Source: Deltaproteobacteria bacterium TL4 (GTDB taxonomy: Bacteria; SAR324; NAC60-12). From it: DNA of 64,000 bases. Shown here piece after piece: positions 39,997 to 49,736 of the stretch (its first letter is position 1; each line of letters starts with the position of its first letter). The stretch is from NCBI GenBank assembly GCA_051382335.1, contig JBBCAX010000168.1:11915-75914 (forward strand), read 5' to 3'. A program made the translations under genes and the position numbers. The notes under the pieces were generated by a model. It was not told the DNA's origin. It worked only from the letters and a program-made list of their open reading frames with translations, and did not search any database.

Positions 39997-41715
39997 CTAT
40001 GTTGGTTGAAAAGCATTTCCAAAGCATCCGATGAGGATGATGACAACTCCCATTACAACCATCCAGGTTTGAAGCGCCAGCCCTCCAATGAGTCCCAGAC
40101 AACCAAGACTTAACAGCAAGGGCCAAGGCGAGAGAGGCGTGAGATAAACCTTTCCCGACGCCTTAGGCGGAGTATAAGGGGTATTTTCTCCTTCAGGGGT
40201 GTGTTTCAAGTTCCAGAACGCATTCCGTGCATTGACTTGTGGCACTACCGCGAAGTTATAAGCAGGAGGAGGCGAAGGAATACTCCACTCCAGCGTATGT
40301 CCATCCCAAGGATCCATTTCCTTCTGAGCGACCCCTCGCATTCCACGCATCAAATTGAGTACCCCCGCAAGATTTGCGGCGACGCTGACAAGAATCCCCG
40401 TTCTCACCAAACCTTGTACTGAAGGGGGAACCCACCCCGCAGGATAAATGTAGCCTTCAGAAAGAGAAACCTCGGAAATGGAAAGGAGGCTCAAACTCAT
40501 CAAGTAAAAACCTAAAGAATAAAAAACAAAATGAAGCATGGCCATCTTCTGATCGTACATTTTTCCAAATATTTTGGGAAACCAAAAGTACACTCCGGCA
40601 AATAACGCATTAAGCGTCGTGCCGAAAATCAAAAAATGAAAATGGCTTGTCATATAATAGTGGGACGGGCTTTGCACACTGCCTAAAGAAATAAACTTTG
40701 CCGCACCACTAATTCCACATAAAACAGGAGTAACAAGAGCCATTATGGCAAAAAATAAGGCAATATTAAACGTAAACGTATAGCGCGTAAAGTGCAGTAT
40801 TGCCGCTATCGCCTGAAGACTTAACAGAAAAAACGTGCCTAACATGAATAGAGCGCTTGCCGGATTCAGCGTATCGGATTGTGTAAACAAAGCCATCAGC
40901 CAGGCCAACAGGGCCATGCCCGGAATGAGGGCACTGATCCCTAATTGAAACAGATACCCTTTCAACAAACGCTTGGAACATACAGGGATGATGGTAAGCG
41001 CGATACTTAGAGCAGGGACAACAAGGACGAGTATTTCGGGATGTAGCTTCCAGGATAAGGGCTCAGACCAGGCGAAATCTGCCGTTTGAATGAGAGCGTA
41101 TAACTTCATGGTCCAAAGTTGATCCATTAAGCGCAACAACGCACCTAAGCCGATCAGCGGCCAAACTAAAAGCCACGTTGAACAGGTAAAAATAACAGCC
41201 CAGACAAACAGCGGGATTCGACCCAGACTCATCCCTGGAGCACGTAAATTCCAGATAGTCACCAGGAGATTCAAACTCGTACAAACGATGGAGAGTGACA
41301 GCATCAAAGTGCCTGAGGGAGAACCACTCAGTAATTGAAGGTTATATTCTCCAAACAGAATAATGAGGCTTCCCCATAAAAAGCACCACCACCCGAAAGT
41401 CTGCAAGCGCGGAAGCGCCATGGTTCCCGCACCGATCATCAAAGGAACCAGATAATTAAACAGACCAATCAACAGAGGGTAGAGGACCAGTAATAGGGAC
41501 ATTCCATCGTAAAACGCAAAAAAAGCGGGTTGGGTCTGGGTATACTGAAAATCAGTAATAAAGCGTTGCAGCAGAACGCTTCCGACACCACCAATGACGA
41601 GTAAAACTAAAGCATAAACGATATACAGCAGACCAATACGTTTATGATCAACCGTCAACATCCAACTTAAAGGCCCCCGAGGTTGAAAATAATGTTTGAC
41701 CGAGATCTCTGGCAT
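39997..41715 (-). CDS. Divergent heme-copper oxidase subunit I homolog lacking several metal ligands
   Basis: TVDHKRIGLLY, NYLVPLMIGA, RAPGM..RIPLFVW, HPE, HFH, YFWFPKIFG, TLEWSIPSPPP.YNF; AGGAG before ATG 41715. Confidence 0.9.
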   Translation of the reverse strand: MPEISVKHYFQPRGPLSWMLTVDHKRIGLLYIVYALVLLVIGGVGSVLLQRFITDFQYTQTQPAFFAFYDGMSLLLVLYPLLIGLFNYLVPLMIGAGTMALPRLQTFGWWCFLWGSLIILFGEYNLQLLSGSPSGTLMLSLSIVCTSLNLLVTIWNLRAPGMSLGRIPLFVWAVIFTCSTWLLVWPLIGLGALLRLMDQLWTMKLYALIQTADFAWSEPLSWKLHPEILVLVVPALSIALTIIPVCSKRLLKGYLFQLGISALIPGMALLAWLMALFTQSDTLNPASALFMLGTFFLLSLQAIAAILHFTRYTFTFNIALFFAIMALVTPVLCGISGAAKFISLGSVQSPSHYYMTSHFHFLIFGTTLNALFAGVYFWFPKIFGKMYDQKMAMLHFVFYSLGFYLMSLSLLSISEVSLSEGYIYPAGWVPPSVQGLVRTGILVSVAANLAGVLNLMRGMRGVAQKEMDPWDGHTLEWSIPSPPPAYNFAVVPQVNARNAFWNLKHTPEGENTPYTPPKASGKVYLTPLSPWPLLLSLGCLGLIGGLALQTWMVVMGVVIILIGCFGNAFQPT

Positions 41716-41832
41716 AAACTCCTTTCTGTCTGACAATGATAAAATCTTAAGCCAGTATTAAATTGAACGCACCCTAGCAAAGACAGTGGAATTTTGCAAT
41801 GTTTCTTTCTTACGAACGAAGATCCCGCATCC

Positions 41833-42324
41833 CTATTGATTTGTATACTGCTCTAATTCATCTTCGAGCACCACAAGTTCAATGTTTGCCTGGTTGAACA
41901 TCTCACGAGTTTCCTGGGCCGCATGATATCGTTTTTGCGCGACTACTTTGGTAATCCCCACACTGATGATCAACATAGCACACGTTCGGCAGGGTTCCAT
42001 TTTACAGTACAAGGTTGCCCCCTCCAGAGGAACGCCATACCGAGCCGCCTGGCAAATGGCGTTTTGCTCCGCATGAATGGTTCTGAGACAATGACTCCGT
42101 GTGGTTCCATCCTCATCAATGACTTGTTTCATTAAATGTCCAATTTCATCACAATGAGGCAATCCAGGGGGCGAGCCGACATAACCGGTACAGATGATAC
42201 GTTTATTTTTTACAATGATGCACCCGCTCCGTCCCCGGTCACAGGTTGCCCGCTTGGAAACTTCCTGCATTAATCCGTTAAAATACTCATCCCATTCTGG
42301 TCTCATAGGTTGATGCTCTGTCAT
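41833..42324 (-). CDS. dCMP deaminase / ComEB-family deaminase
   Basis: RP.WDEYF, RATCDRG, HAEQNAI, PCRTC. Confidence 0.92.
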   Translation of the reverse strand: MTEHQPMRPEWDEYFNGLMQEVSKRATCDRGRSGCIIVKNKRIICTGYVGSPPGLPHCDEIGHLMKQVIDEDGTTRSHCLRTIHAEQNAICQAARYGVPLEGATLYCKMEPCRTCAMLIISVGITKVVAQKRYHAAQETREMFNQANIELVVLEDELEQYTNQ

Positions 42325-42341
42325 AAGGGTTAAGGTATAGA

Positions 42342-42463
42342 TTTCATTTAAATAAATTCAGGGGAGTCTAACCATTTCAGGGTGGAGTGCTTTGGCCAGA
42401 TCCGAGGAAAGGCTTTCGCTTTTCTGGCCAAAGCACGCTTTGACACTCCTGAAAAAGTGTTGT
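42342..42463. repeat. Dispersed palindromic element, family A, copy 2 (inverted, partly deleted arm)
   Basis: Reverse complement matches 7284-7410, including flank GGTTAGACTC...TGAATTTATTT.AATGAA. Confidence 0.78.
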
Positions 42464-42486
42464 ATTCCTTCTCCTATAGTAAAAAT

Positions 42487-43047
42487 TCACAATAACGACT
42501 TAATGGCCCTGGCCAGATCCTCAAGAGAGGATTCATTGTTAATGGTATAATCCGCCATGGCGATAGGGCCGCCTTTTTCAATATTTTCGATTTCCGCAAA
42601 ATCACGGCGTTTTGCTTCTTCAGGACTGAGTTTTCGCATTTTATGATCCTTATCGTTTTCAGCGTGCTCTCGTGCTTGAAGTCTTTGGTAACGCGTCGTG
42701 GGAGAAGTGTAAATCGCAAGCACTTGCAGTGTATCGCTAAACCGCTCCTTGAGGATTTTATATTCAGCCCAGGAATAAAGCCCATCAATTACGACATTGC
42801 TGCCCCTCAGCGCTTTTTCAACAAGGGGCAGGGATAATTGAGCAAAAGCACCCATGCCATATTGCTGGCGTAACGTTTCGCGCATGGCTTTCTCGTTTTC
42901 AGGTGTGATCGGTTTTCCTTCTGCCTTGAGCTTATCAATGGTAATCTGACCAAAACGAATGTATTGCCATCGATGTTCCAGGATAAAGTCACATGCGGTG
43001 GACTTTCCCGCACCGCACATGCCTACAATCGCAAGGATCTTATTCAT
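42487..43047 (-). CDS. P-loop kinase, UPF0200 / dephospho-CoA-kinase-like
   Basis: IVGMCGAGKS, VVIDGLYSWAEY, RRDFAEIENIEKGGPIAMADY. Confidence 0.82.
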   Translation of the reverse strand: MNKILAIVGMCGAGKSTACDFILEHRWQYIRFGQITIDKLKAEGKPITPENEKAMRETLRQQYGMGAFAQLSLPLVEKALRGSNVVIDGLYSWAEYKILKERFSDTLQVLAIYTSPTTRYQRLQAREHAENDKDHKMRKLSPEEAKRRDFAEIENIEKGGPIAMADYTINNESSLEDLARAIKSLL

Positions 43048-43085
43048 ACGGCTCCTAGTTTAAATTGGGTTTTCAGTCACACGTC

Positions 43086-46000
43086 TTAGCTTCTTTGAAA
43101 TTCCGCTCGTTCGATCAACTCAATCTGCATATCCCGATTGAGTGTGACAAAGTAAGCGTTATAGCCTGAAATCCGAACCAGTAAATCTTTATAGTTTTCA
43201 GGGTGCAACATTGCGTCTCGAAGGACTGCGGAACTGACAACATTCAACTGAATTTGCATCCCTCCTAATTCCACATAAGACGTTACATAAGCCTTCATAT
43301 TATCCACCGTTTGTTCATGAGTGTCTTCTGCGGAAGGCACAAATTTGATATTAAAGGCAATGTTGTTGTTCATGTGATGTGGATTGAGTTCCGCGACATC
43401 CCGGATGTTGTCCAGCAGATTTTTTGAAGCATGAGATGAAGGCGTCAAACCTGGAGTGAAGGCTTTCCCCGCAAGCCTTCCGGAAGGAAGTGTGCCTGTC
43501 AGACTGCCAAAGGCGACGTGATTGGACATCGACCAGAATCCAGTCGTATAGGGACCTCCACGAAAATTCGTTTTCTGAGCAAAATAATCATGCACAAATT
43601 GAGTTAAGCGATTGGCCATTGCTTTAGCTTCTTCGTCTCCAGAACCGAATTTAGGGACTTTTTTGAGGATGATCGCGTGAAGTTTGGAATGCTCTTCGAA
43701 ATTATTAAGAAGGGCGGATTTCAATTCAGAGAAACTCACAGTTTTTTGATCAAAAACGAGTTTTTTGATCGTCATTAACGAATCCACAATGTCAACCAAG
43801 CCAATGCACGCCACTCCGGACGTATTGTAACGCGCACCCCCTTTTGTGATATCCTTGCCCTTTTCGATGCTTCCCTCAATCATTGACGAAAGTAAAGGCG
43901 TTGGACGAAGAACACTATGGGCTTTTCCAAGGATATTGTTATATTCAACCGACTGATCAATCAGAAACGTCAGTTGTTGGGTGTAGGCGCTGAAAAATGC
44001 ATCAAAGGTTTGAAACGCGCCTTGCTCAATCTCTCCTGTTTCAGGGCCGACTTTCCAATGCATCAAAGGATGATATCCGTTATACAAAGCCATTTCCAGT
44101 GCGGCGACAAGGTTCAACATCATACAGTTGGTGTGTCCCATGTGTTTCCCCGAAATAGTGGGTTCGACACATCCGGTAGCCGCCCAGTCATTCCGATCCT
44201 GTTCCTGGTAATTGAGTTGTTTAATGGCTTCCAGCACAATTTCATCATTGTGAATTGAAGGTGTCGCTGTCGTGATCAGATTGACTTCACAAAGTCGCTT
44301 GAGATACGAATCGCTGTTTTTCAGATGGTGATAACGCGCGTTCACGTTGGGATCACGAATCTTCAACATTTCGGTTACTTTGAGAAAAATGTAAGTCATA
44401 TCGTTCACGGCGTTTTCGCCACTGGGCGTAACGCCTCCCAGGGTAATCGCCTGATCGGAGGAACTTCCTCCAAACAAGTAGTTTCCGATATCAGGTGTTA
44501 ATGGTAAATGATCCGTACAGCGCATGTAAAAACAGCCCACAATCTCAAGAACATGGTGCAGATACGCTGCCTTTGCTTTTGGGGTTTTGAGCTTTGTCAT
44601 ATCCGCCTCAAAATAAGGCTGAAGCCATTGATCCATTCTCCCTAAGGATAACCCCGCATTTGTATTTTCCATGTGCAGGCATACCCATCCAATCCAAATA
44701 GTATTCAGGGCTTCGTCAAGGGTGTTACAACCGTTTTCTGGAGCGGACGCGCAAATTTCGGCAAGGTGTTCGAGTTCCGATTTTCGCTTGGGGTCTTGCG
44801 TCATTTTTGCTTCTGTTTGAGCTTGAAATGATAAGTTTTTACTATAGCTAATCAAGCCTTCCAGACAAATTTGCATGGCTTCCAGCGTAGTTCTTTGCTC
44901 CGTACTTAAGTTTTGATCTTCTTGAAGTTTTTGATCAATTTCATGAATGATTCCTCGTGCGCCAATTTTCAACAATTTAGGAAAATCAGCAATGGTATGA
45001 GAGATCGCGACCGTTTTCCACAAAAAATAAACTGCGAAACGGTCATCTAATTTTTGGCACAGAGGCTCATTATAGTGTTCTCGGACCCACTCCTTAAAAC
45101 AGCGTTTGAACCAATAAGGAAAGACCTCCTTGTGAAGTATTCTGAGATCTTTCTCAGCAACGGAATAAGGGTTTAGTGTCCGCTCAGAGAGCGTTTTCAA
45201 TTCTCCCCAGATCAAGCTTCCATGGGCATCAGGATAAAGGACCACACCAATCGCTTGGGTTGTCGTTGTCCCTGCAATCAGATCGTCTTTGCGAATCATG
45301 GGTTTTTTATTTTCCATCAGATATTTGAAAGCTAACGCTTGTCGAAGTTCAGGAACCCAAGCTTGTTTTGATGAATTTTGTTCGAAGCCATTATGCTGAA
45401 ACCAGCGTGTGAGCAGCAGCGGTCTTTCCACACAGAGTTGCGGCATGATATTAAAATGAATATCCAAAAAATTTTGTAACCGAGGGAATTGTTCCAAGGC
45501 AAACTGAGAAAGAAAAGGATCCTCAAGATGCCGCACCTGATCGGTTTGGGTGGAGGTCAATTCCGCGTGAGGACGCTTCAACACGGGAGCCGGGAGGGAG
45601 GTTCCGTTTTGAGCAATTTCCTTCGCTTTTTCCCTGTCCAACAGACGTTGCGCACGCATCCTTTTTTGATGTTGAGGAGCCAAAAGGAGGGATAAATAGA
45701 AATTGAAAAGCGACATATAGTTCATGTTTCCCTCAATCCGCATTTTTCCATTCATCAGCATCAACAACATTTCATTAGGGCTTACCGTTAAGGCTTCCTT
45801 TGCGCTCTCATCATCACTGTAGATCAAGGTTGCGTTGGCACTAGAGGGAATCTTTGACAGAACCCGCACTTTCCCATCATTGAACTGGATACACTGCTCA
45901 ATGCTTCCGGATTCGGTCCGTATTCCAATAGACGCGTTAATCCAGTCTTCATTGCCGCGTAAATATTTTTTCAATGAGGGCCGAGTGTTGAAGTTCAAGG

Positions 46001-46118
46001 CCATAACCTGTAATAAAAGATGAGCCACCGCATTGGCGATAGTTTTATTTCCTGCAAGAATGCGCTTATAGTGATCCAAAGGTTCACCGGGAAAGAGTAA
46101 ATACAGGGATTGCTTCAT
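43086..46118 (-). CDS. Glycyl-radical enzyme (non-PFL) with N-terminal SCP2-like domain
   Basis: Cys loop ATGCVEP, Gly loop LLVRISGYNAYF, SLGRMDQWL, ITLGG; N-terminal region ending GKMRIEGNM. Confidence 0.9.
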   Translation of the reverse strand: MKQSLYLLFPGEPLDHYKRILAGNKTIANAVAHLLLQVMALNFNTRPSLKKYLRGNEDWINASIGIRTESGSIEQCIQFNDGKVRVLSKIPSSANATLIYSDDESAKEALTVSPNEMLLMLMNGKMRIEGNMNYMSLFNFYLSLLLAPQHQKRMRAQRLLDREKAKEIAQNGTSLPAPVLKRPHAELTSTQTDQVRHLEDPFLSQFALEQFPRLQNFLDIHFNIMPQLCVERPLLLTRWFQHNGFEQNSSKQAWVPELRQALAFKYLMENKKPMIRKDDLIAGTTTTQAIGVVLYPDAHGSLIWGELKTLSERTLNPYSVAEKDLRILHKEVFPYWFKRCFKEWVREHYNEPLCQKLDDRFAVYFLWKTVAISHTIADFPKLLKIGARGIIHEIDQKLQEDQNLSTEQRTTLEAMQICLEGLISYSKNLSFQAQTEAKMTQDPKRKSELEHLAEICASAPENGCNTLDEALNTIWIGWVCLHMENTNAGLSLGRMDQWLQPYFEADMTKLKTPKAKAAYLHHVLEIVGCFYMRCTDHLPLTPDIGNYLFGGSSSDQAITLGGVTPSGENAVNDMTYIFLKVTEMLKIRDPNVNARYHHLKNSDSYLKRLCEVNLITTATPSIHNDEIVLEAIKQLNYQEQDRNDWAATGCVEPTISGKHMGHTNCMMLNLVAALEMALYNGYHPLMHWKVGPETGEIEQGAFQTFDAFFSAYTQQLTFLIDQSVEYNNILGKAHSVLRPTPLLSSMIEGSIEKGKDITKGGARYNTSGVACIGLVDIVDSLMTIKKLVFDQKTVSFSELKSALLNNFEEHSKLHAIILKKVPKFGSGDEEAKAMANRLTQFVHDYFAQKTNFRGGPYTTGFWSMSNHVAFGSLTGTLPSGRLAGKAFTPGLTPSSHASKNLLDNIRDVAELNPHHMNNNIAFNIKFVPSAEDTHEQTVDNMKAYVTSYVELGGMQIQLNVVSSAVLRDAMLHPENYKDLLVRISGYNAYFVTLNRDMQIELIERAEFQRS

Positions 46119-46463
46119 GATTCTCCTTCTTTTTTATAGAGGATTCTGGATTTATTATTCTGCAAGGATGCCTGCCCCCTATCTATCGGTTTCTGAACAA
46201 TTAATCAAGAAATTCAGAAACTGAATCTGAATATTAGACAAATGGCACTTCCTTAAGAAGAAAAACAGAAAAAACAATATGTTATTGAAATGGGCGCTAA
46301 ATTGGCTATATTGAGGATTTGCATTTCCTTGAACCTCAGCAAAGAGATTACTCTGCAGTGTCATGACAGGCCGTTTTTCCACAACCGAAAAAACTTGCGA
46401 CTCACTGTAGTTTAGGGGAAAACCAGGGCATTATACAGCGAATTATTTGTTTAGGGAGTGATT

Positions 46464-46577
46464 ATGCATGAGATGAATGTTTTGGTTACAGTGTTTGTTA
46501 TCGGTGGAATTTATTTTAGTTTGTTTTACACGGCAGAGTACATTTTTATGCAAGATGAGGGCGGAGACACTCATTGA
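46464..46577 (+). CDS. Small single-pass membrane protein (37 aa), not in the ORF track
   Basis: GGGAG RBS; MHEMNVLVTVFVIGGIYFSLFYTAEYIFMQDEGGDTH; stop overlaps TTG start of next ORF. Confidence 0.55.
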   Translation: MHEMNVLVTVFVIGGIYFSLFYTAEYIFMQDEGGDTH

Positions 46578-47362
46578 TATTCCGCGTAATCCTCGTTAGG
46601 TTGTGGTATTTATGGGGAAGTATTGCTCTTTTTCTTTTTGGAGGATGTGTTTCTCTAACACCTTCCACGACGCCCCAGTCTTTTTTCATGTCTCGCACCG
46701 TTCCTGGTTATCAATCCTTTGGACGCATCTTTTTGAAAACGGATCAAGAAAAGCAACGTGGCGAAGTTTCGCTGCAAAGCACACCTTCCCAGTTCAACCT
46801 GAAAATTTTTGCTCCGGTTGTCGGTTCAGTGCTCTATGAAGTTAGGGCTGACGCACAGCAGTTCATGATGCTGGACTTCCAAGAGGATCAATATGTTCTA
46901 GACGATAATAATCCTCTTACACGCCAGCAATGGCTTGGTGTTGATTTAGAACTGGAAGAATTGAACTGGGTGGTTTGGGGACGAATGACTCATTCCCAGT
47001 TTCAAGAATGGCAGGGGCAATTTTTGAGCCCAAAACAAATTCGCCTGGTTAAAACCTTTGTCGTCATAGATATTATGTTGAATGAGGAAGGTTTGATGAA
47101 AACAATGATCAAACGGGAGGCTTCCCTGGTCATTTATGAAGTTGAGATCGAAGAATATCAGACGATAAAGGATCAGCAGTATCCCTATAAAATTAATATT
47201 CGTGACGCCAATGCGTCCAACATGCTTAAGTTTGTTTTTACCGATATTCAGATTCCTGAAAAATCTTTTCCAACGTTGAATTTTATTGCCCCAGAAGACA
47301 TGAGTCCTATGTGGAAAACGGAATCTAAAACTAAAACACAGCCAAGTGATCCAGACCTATGA
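46574..47362 (+). CDS. Lipoprotein, LolB/DUF4292-like
   Basis: Lipobox-like LFGGC; LKIFAPVVGS, YPYKINI patterns. Confidence 0.55.
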   Translation: MIFRVILVRLWYLWGSIALFLFGGCVSLTPSTTPQSFFMSRTVPGYQSFGRIFLKTDQEKQRGEVSLQSTPSQFNLKIFAPVVGSVLYEVRADAQQFMMLDFQEDQYVLDDNNPLTRQQWLGVDLELEELNWVVWGRMTHSQFQEWQGQFLSPKQIRLVKTFVVIDIMLNEEGLMKTMIKREASLVIYEVEIEEYQTIKDQQYPYKINIRDANASNMLKFVFTDIQIPEKSFPTLNFIAPEDMSPMWKTESKTKTQPSDPDL

Positions 47363-48291
47363 GCAATCCTGAATCAGAAAAGATAAGTCAGCGGGAAACC
47401 GGCTTAGTGGTCAAACGCATGAAAGGATTTTACTATGTTGAAATTGAGGGGAAAGTTCATTTGTGCAGAGTCAAAGGCAATTTATTTGAACATAGCCATT
47501 ATGATCATAAAATTGCAGTGGGTGATCAGGTAATCGTTGACCTTCACGCCTCAGAAGACGCTGGCTGGATTTATGAAATTCTGCCACGGAAAAACAAACT
47601 TTCCCGCACGCTTCGAGACGGAATGGGGGAACAAGTCCTGGTCAGTAATGCAGATCATTTGCTGATTGTGGCTTCCTTGGCGCAACCTGCGTTCCATATT
47701 GGTGTGATTGAACGGTTTTTAATTGCGGCTCAAAGAGGAGGGTTACACCCTGTGATCGTTCTAAATAAAATAGATCTGGTTATCTCGTCATTTTATCAGC
47801 CCATTCAAGAGCTCTATCATGCTCTGAATTATCAGGTTCTTCTGACAAGTGTGCCTGAGAATAAAGGCATTGATGAGCTAAGGGCGGTTTTGGAAGGTCA
47901 GACTTCTATTTTTGCAGGACATTCAGGGGTTGGAAAATCATCGTTAGTCAAAGCCTTGTATCCTGAATGGAAAATTCGCATAGGACAGGTGGATGGAAAA
48001 ATGGGAAAAGGCCGTCATACGACCTCTCTTGCTGAAATGTATCCATTACCTGGAGCAAAAGGATACATCGTGGATACTCCAGGAATTAGGGAAATAGGCT
48101 TATATGATGTGAACAAAGAGGAATTAGCTCAATTTTTCCCAGAATTTGAAGAGCTTCGTGTTTCATGTAAATTCAGAGGATGTACTCACCTCCATGAGCC
48201 TCACTGTGCCATAAAAGTGGCAATGCAGGAGGGAGCTATCTCCGAATTACGTTACCAAAGTTATCGCAATATTTATGAATCGCTATCTTAA
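47359..48291 (+). CDS. rsgA: Ribosome small subunit-dependent GTPase A
   Basis: NKID, GHSGVGKSS, GRHTT, DTPG, CKFRGCTHLHEPHCA. Confidence 0.96.
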   Translation: MSNPESEKISQRETGLVVKRMKGFYYVEIEGKVHLCRVKGNLFEHSHYDHKIAVGDQVIVDLHASEDAGWIYEILPRKNKLSRTLRDGMGEQVLVSNADHLLIVASLAQPAFHIGVIERFLIAAQRGGLHPVIVLNKIDLVISSFYQPIQELYHALNYQVLLTSVPENKGIDELRAVLEGQTSIFAGHSGVGKSSLVKALYPEWKIRIGQVDGKMGKGRHTTSLAEMYPLPGAKGYIVDTPGIREIGLYDVNKEELAQFFPEFEELRVSCKFRGCTHLHEPHCAIKVAMQEGAISELRYQSYRNIYESLS

Positions 48292-48328
48292 TCGTTGCGC
48301 CTTTACCCCTCAGAAATTTGAATAGTTT

Positions 48329-49183
48329 GTGCTTATGTTGAATCGTTATTTAGAGTTGATCAAATTTTCTCATACTGTTTTTGCCCTTCCTTTTGCGTTG
48401 GTTGCCGTTCTGGTTGCAACCTCCGGTGCCCCCGCGTTAGGTGATGTCTTCTGGATTATTGTGGCCATGGCAGGTGCTCGTTCCGGCGCAATGGGGTTTA
48501 ACCGCTGGATTGATCGCAGATTTGATGCCAACAATCCAAGAACGCAAAAGCGTCCTTCCGTGACTGGAGAAGTTTCTTCTCCATCCATGATCCTCTTTAT
48601 TGTGATTTCATATGCAGCGTTAGTGGTTGCCTCTTATCAACTGAATCTTTTGGCCTTCACCCTTTCCCCGATCGCAATTTTCATTACCATGTTTTATTCC
48701 TATACAAAGCGATTCACCGCCTATTCGCATCTGTTTTTAGGTTTTGCCATTGGTTCTGCCCCTATTGCGGCGTGGATTGCTGTGGATGGTAGCATCACTC
48801 CGTCATCTTTATTGCTCGGAAGTTCAGTTCTGTGTTGGATTGCGGGGTTTGATGTATTGTATGCACTCCAAGACCTGGATTTTGATAAACAAGAAGGCCT
48901 GTTTTCGATTCCGGCACGATTCGGTGTTAATAAAAGTTTAGTCATTGCGCGTGTCCTTCATTTGACAACCGTTTTGTTATGGTTCGGTTTCTACAGCACA
49001 ACCAACCTCAAGCAATGGTTTTTAGTCGGAATCCTAATTTGCGGCGCTTTACTGGTTTGGGAACATTATCTCCTACGCGAAGATGACTTAACTCACTTGA
49101 ATACGGCCTTTTTTAATATGAATGGTTACATCAGTATGACCATGCTGATTTTTACAGGCTTGTCTTATTGGTTCCCGAGTTAG
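48329..49183 (+). CDS. mqnP: UbiA-like polyprenyltransferase (futalosine pathway type)
   Basis: IKFSHTVFALPFA, AMGFNRWIDR.FD.NPRT, YSYTKRFT, GFDVLYALQD. Confidence 0.85.
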   Translation: MLMLNRYLELIKFSHTVFALPFALVAVLVATSGAPALGDVFWIIVAMAGARSGAMGFNRWIDRRFDANNPRTQKRPSVTGEVSSPSMILFIVISYAALVVASYQLNLLAFTLSPIAIFITMFYSYTKRFTAYSHLFLGFAIGSAPIAAWIAVDGSITPSSLLLGSSVLCWIAGFDVLYALQDLDFDKQEGLFSIPARFGVNKSLVIARVLHLTTVLLWFGFYSTTNLKQWFLVGILICGALLVWEHYLLREDDLTHLNTAFFNMNGYISMTMLIFTGLSYWFPS

Positions 49184-49214
49184 GGACTAAAAACGGTTTT
49201 ACGGAAAGCCTACG

Positions 49215-49694
49215 ATGGGGATAGAAATTGAGCGTAAGTTTTTAATAAAAAAAGATCTGGATTGGAAACCAGATCATGGAGGGATCAGGTACATCCAAGG
49301 CTACTTGCCCTCCGCAAATCTTACTACCGTTAGAATTCGTATTGCCGGAGAAAAGGCTTTTTTGACAATCAAAAGCAAAACAGAAGGAGCCTCCCGGATG
49401 GAATTTGAGTATGAAATTCCTGTTAACGACGCAAAAACCATGTTAGCGAAACTATGTACAGGGCCTCTCATTGACAAAACACGATACGTATTGAAAATTG
49501 ATGATTTAACATGGGAAGTTGATGTTTTTTATGGAGACAACGAAGGTTTGATTTTAGCCGAAGTCGAACTTAATTCGGAAGACCAACACTTCAAACGTCC
49601 CTCTTGGATCGACAAGGAGGTTACGACCGATGTCCGTTATTACAACGTAAATCTGTCCCAAAATCCCTATAAAAACTGGAAATCTGAGACGTAG
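49215..49694 (+). CDS. CYTH-domain triphosphate tunnel metalloenzyme
   Basis: EIERKFL, TVRIR, EFEYEIP, KTRY, WEVDVF, AEVEL. Confidence 0.93.
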   Translation: MGIEIERKFLIKKDLDWKPDHGGIRYIQGYLPSANLTTVRIRIAGEKAFLTIKSKTEGASRMEFEYEIPVNDAKTMLAKLCTGPLIDKTRYVLKIDDLTWEVDVFYGDNEGLILAEVELNSEDQHFKRPSWIDKEVTTDVRYYNVNLSQNPYKNWKSET

Positions 49695-49736
49695 ACTCAA
49701 GTGTGAGCTCCTGATGCTATACCGCAAGAAGAAGGA

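Noticed and set aside
39457..41715. Functional cytochrome c oxidase, or a plain pseudogene
   Set aside because: CuB/heme ligands and subunit II are missing, yet there are no stops or frameshifts
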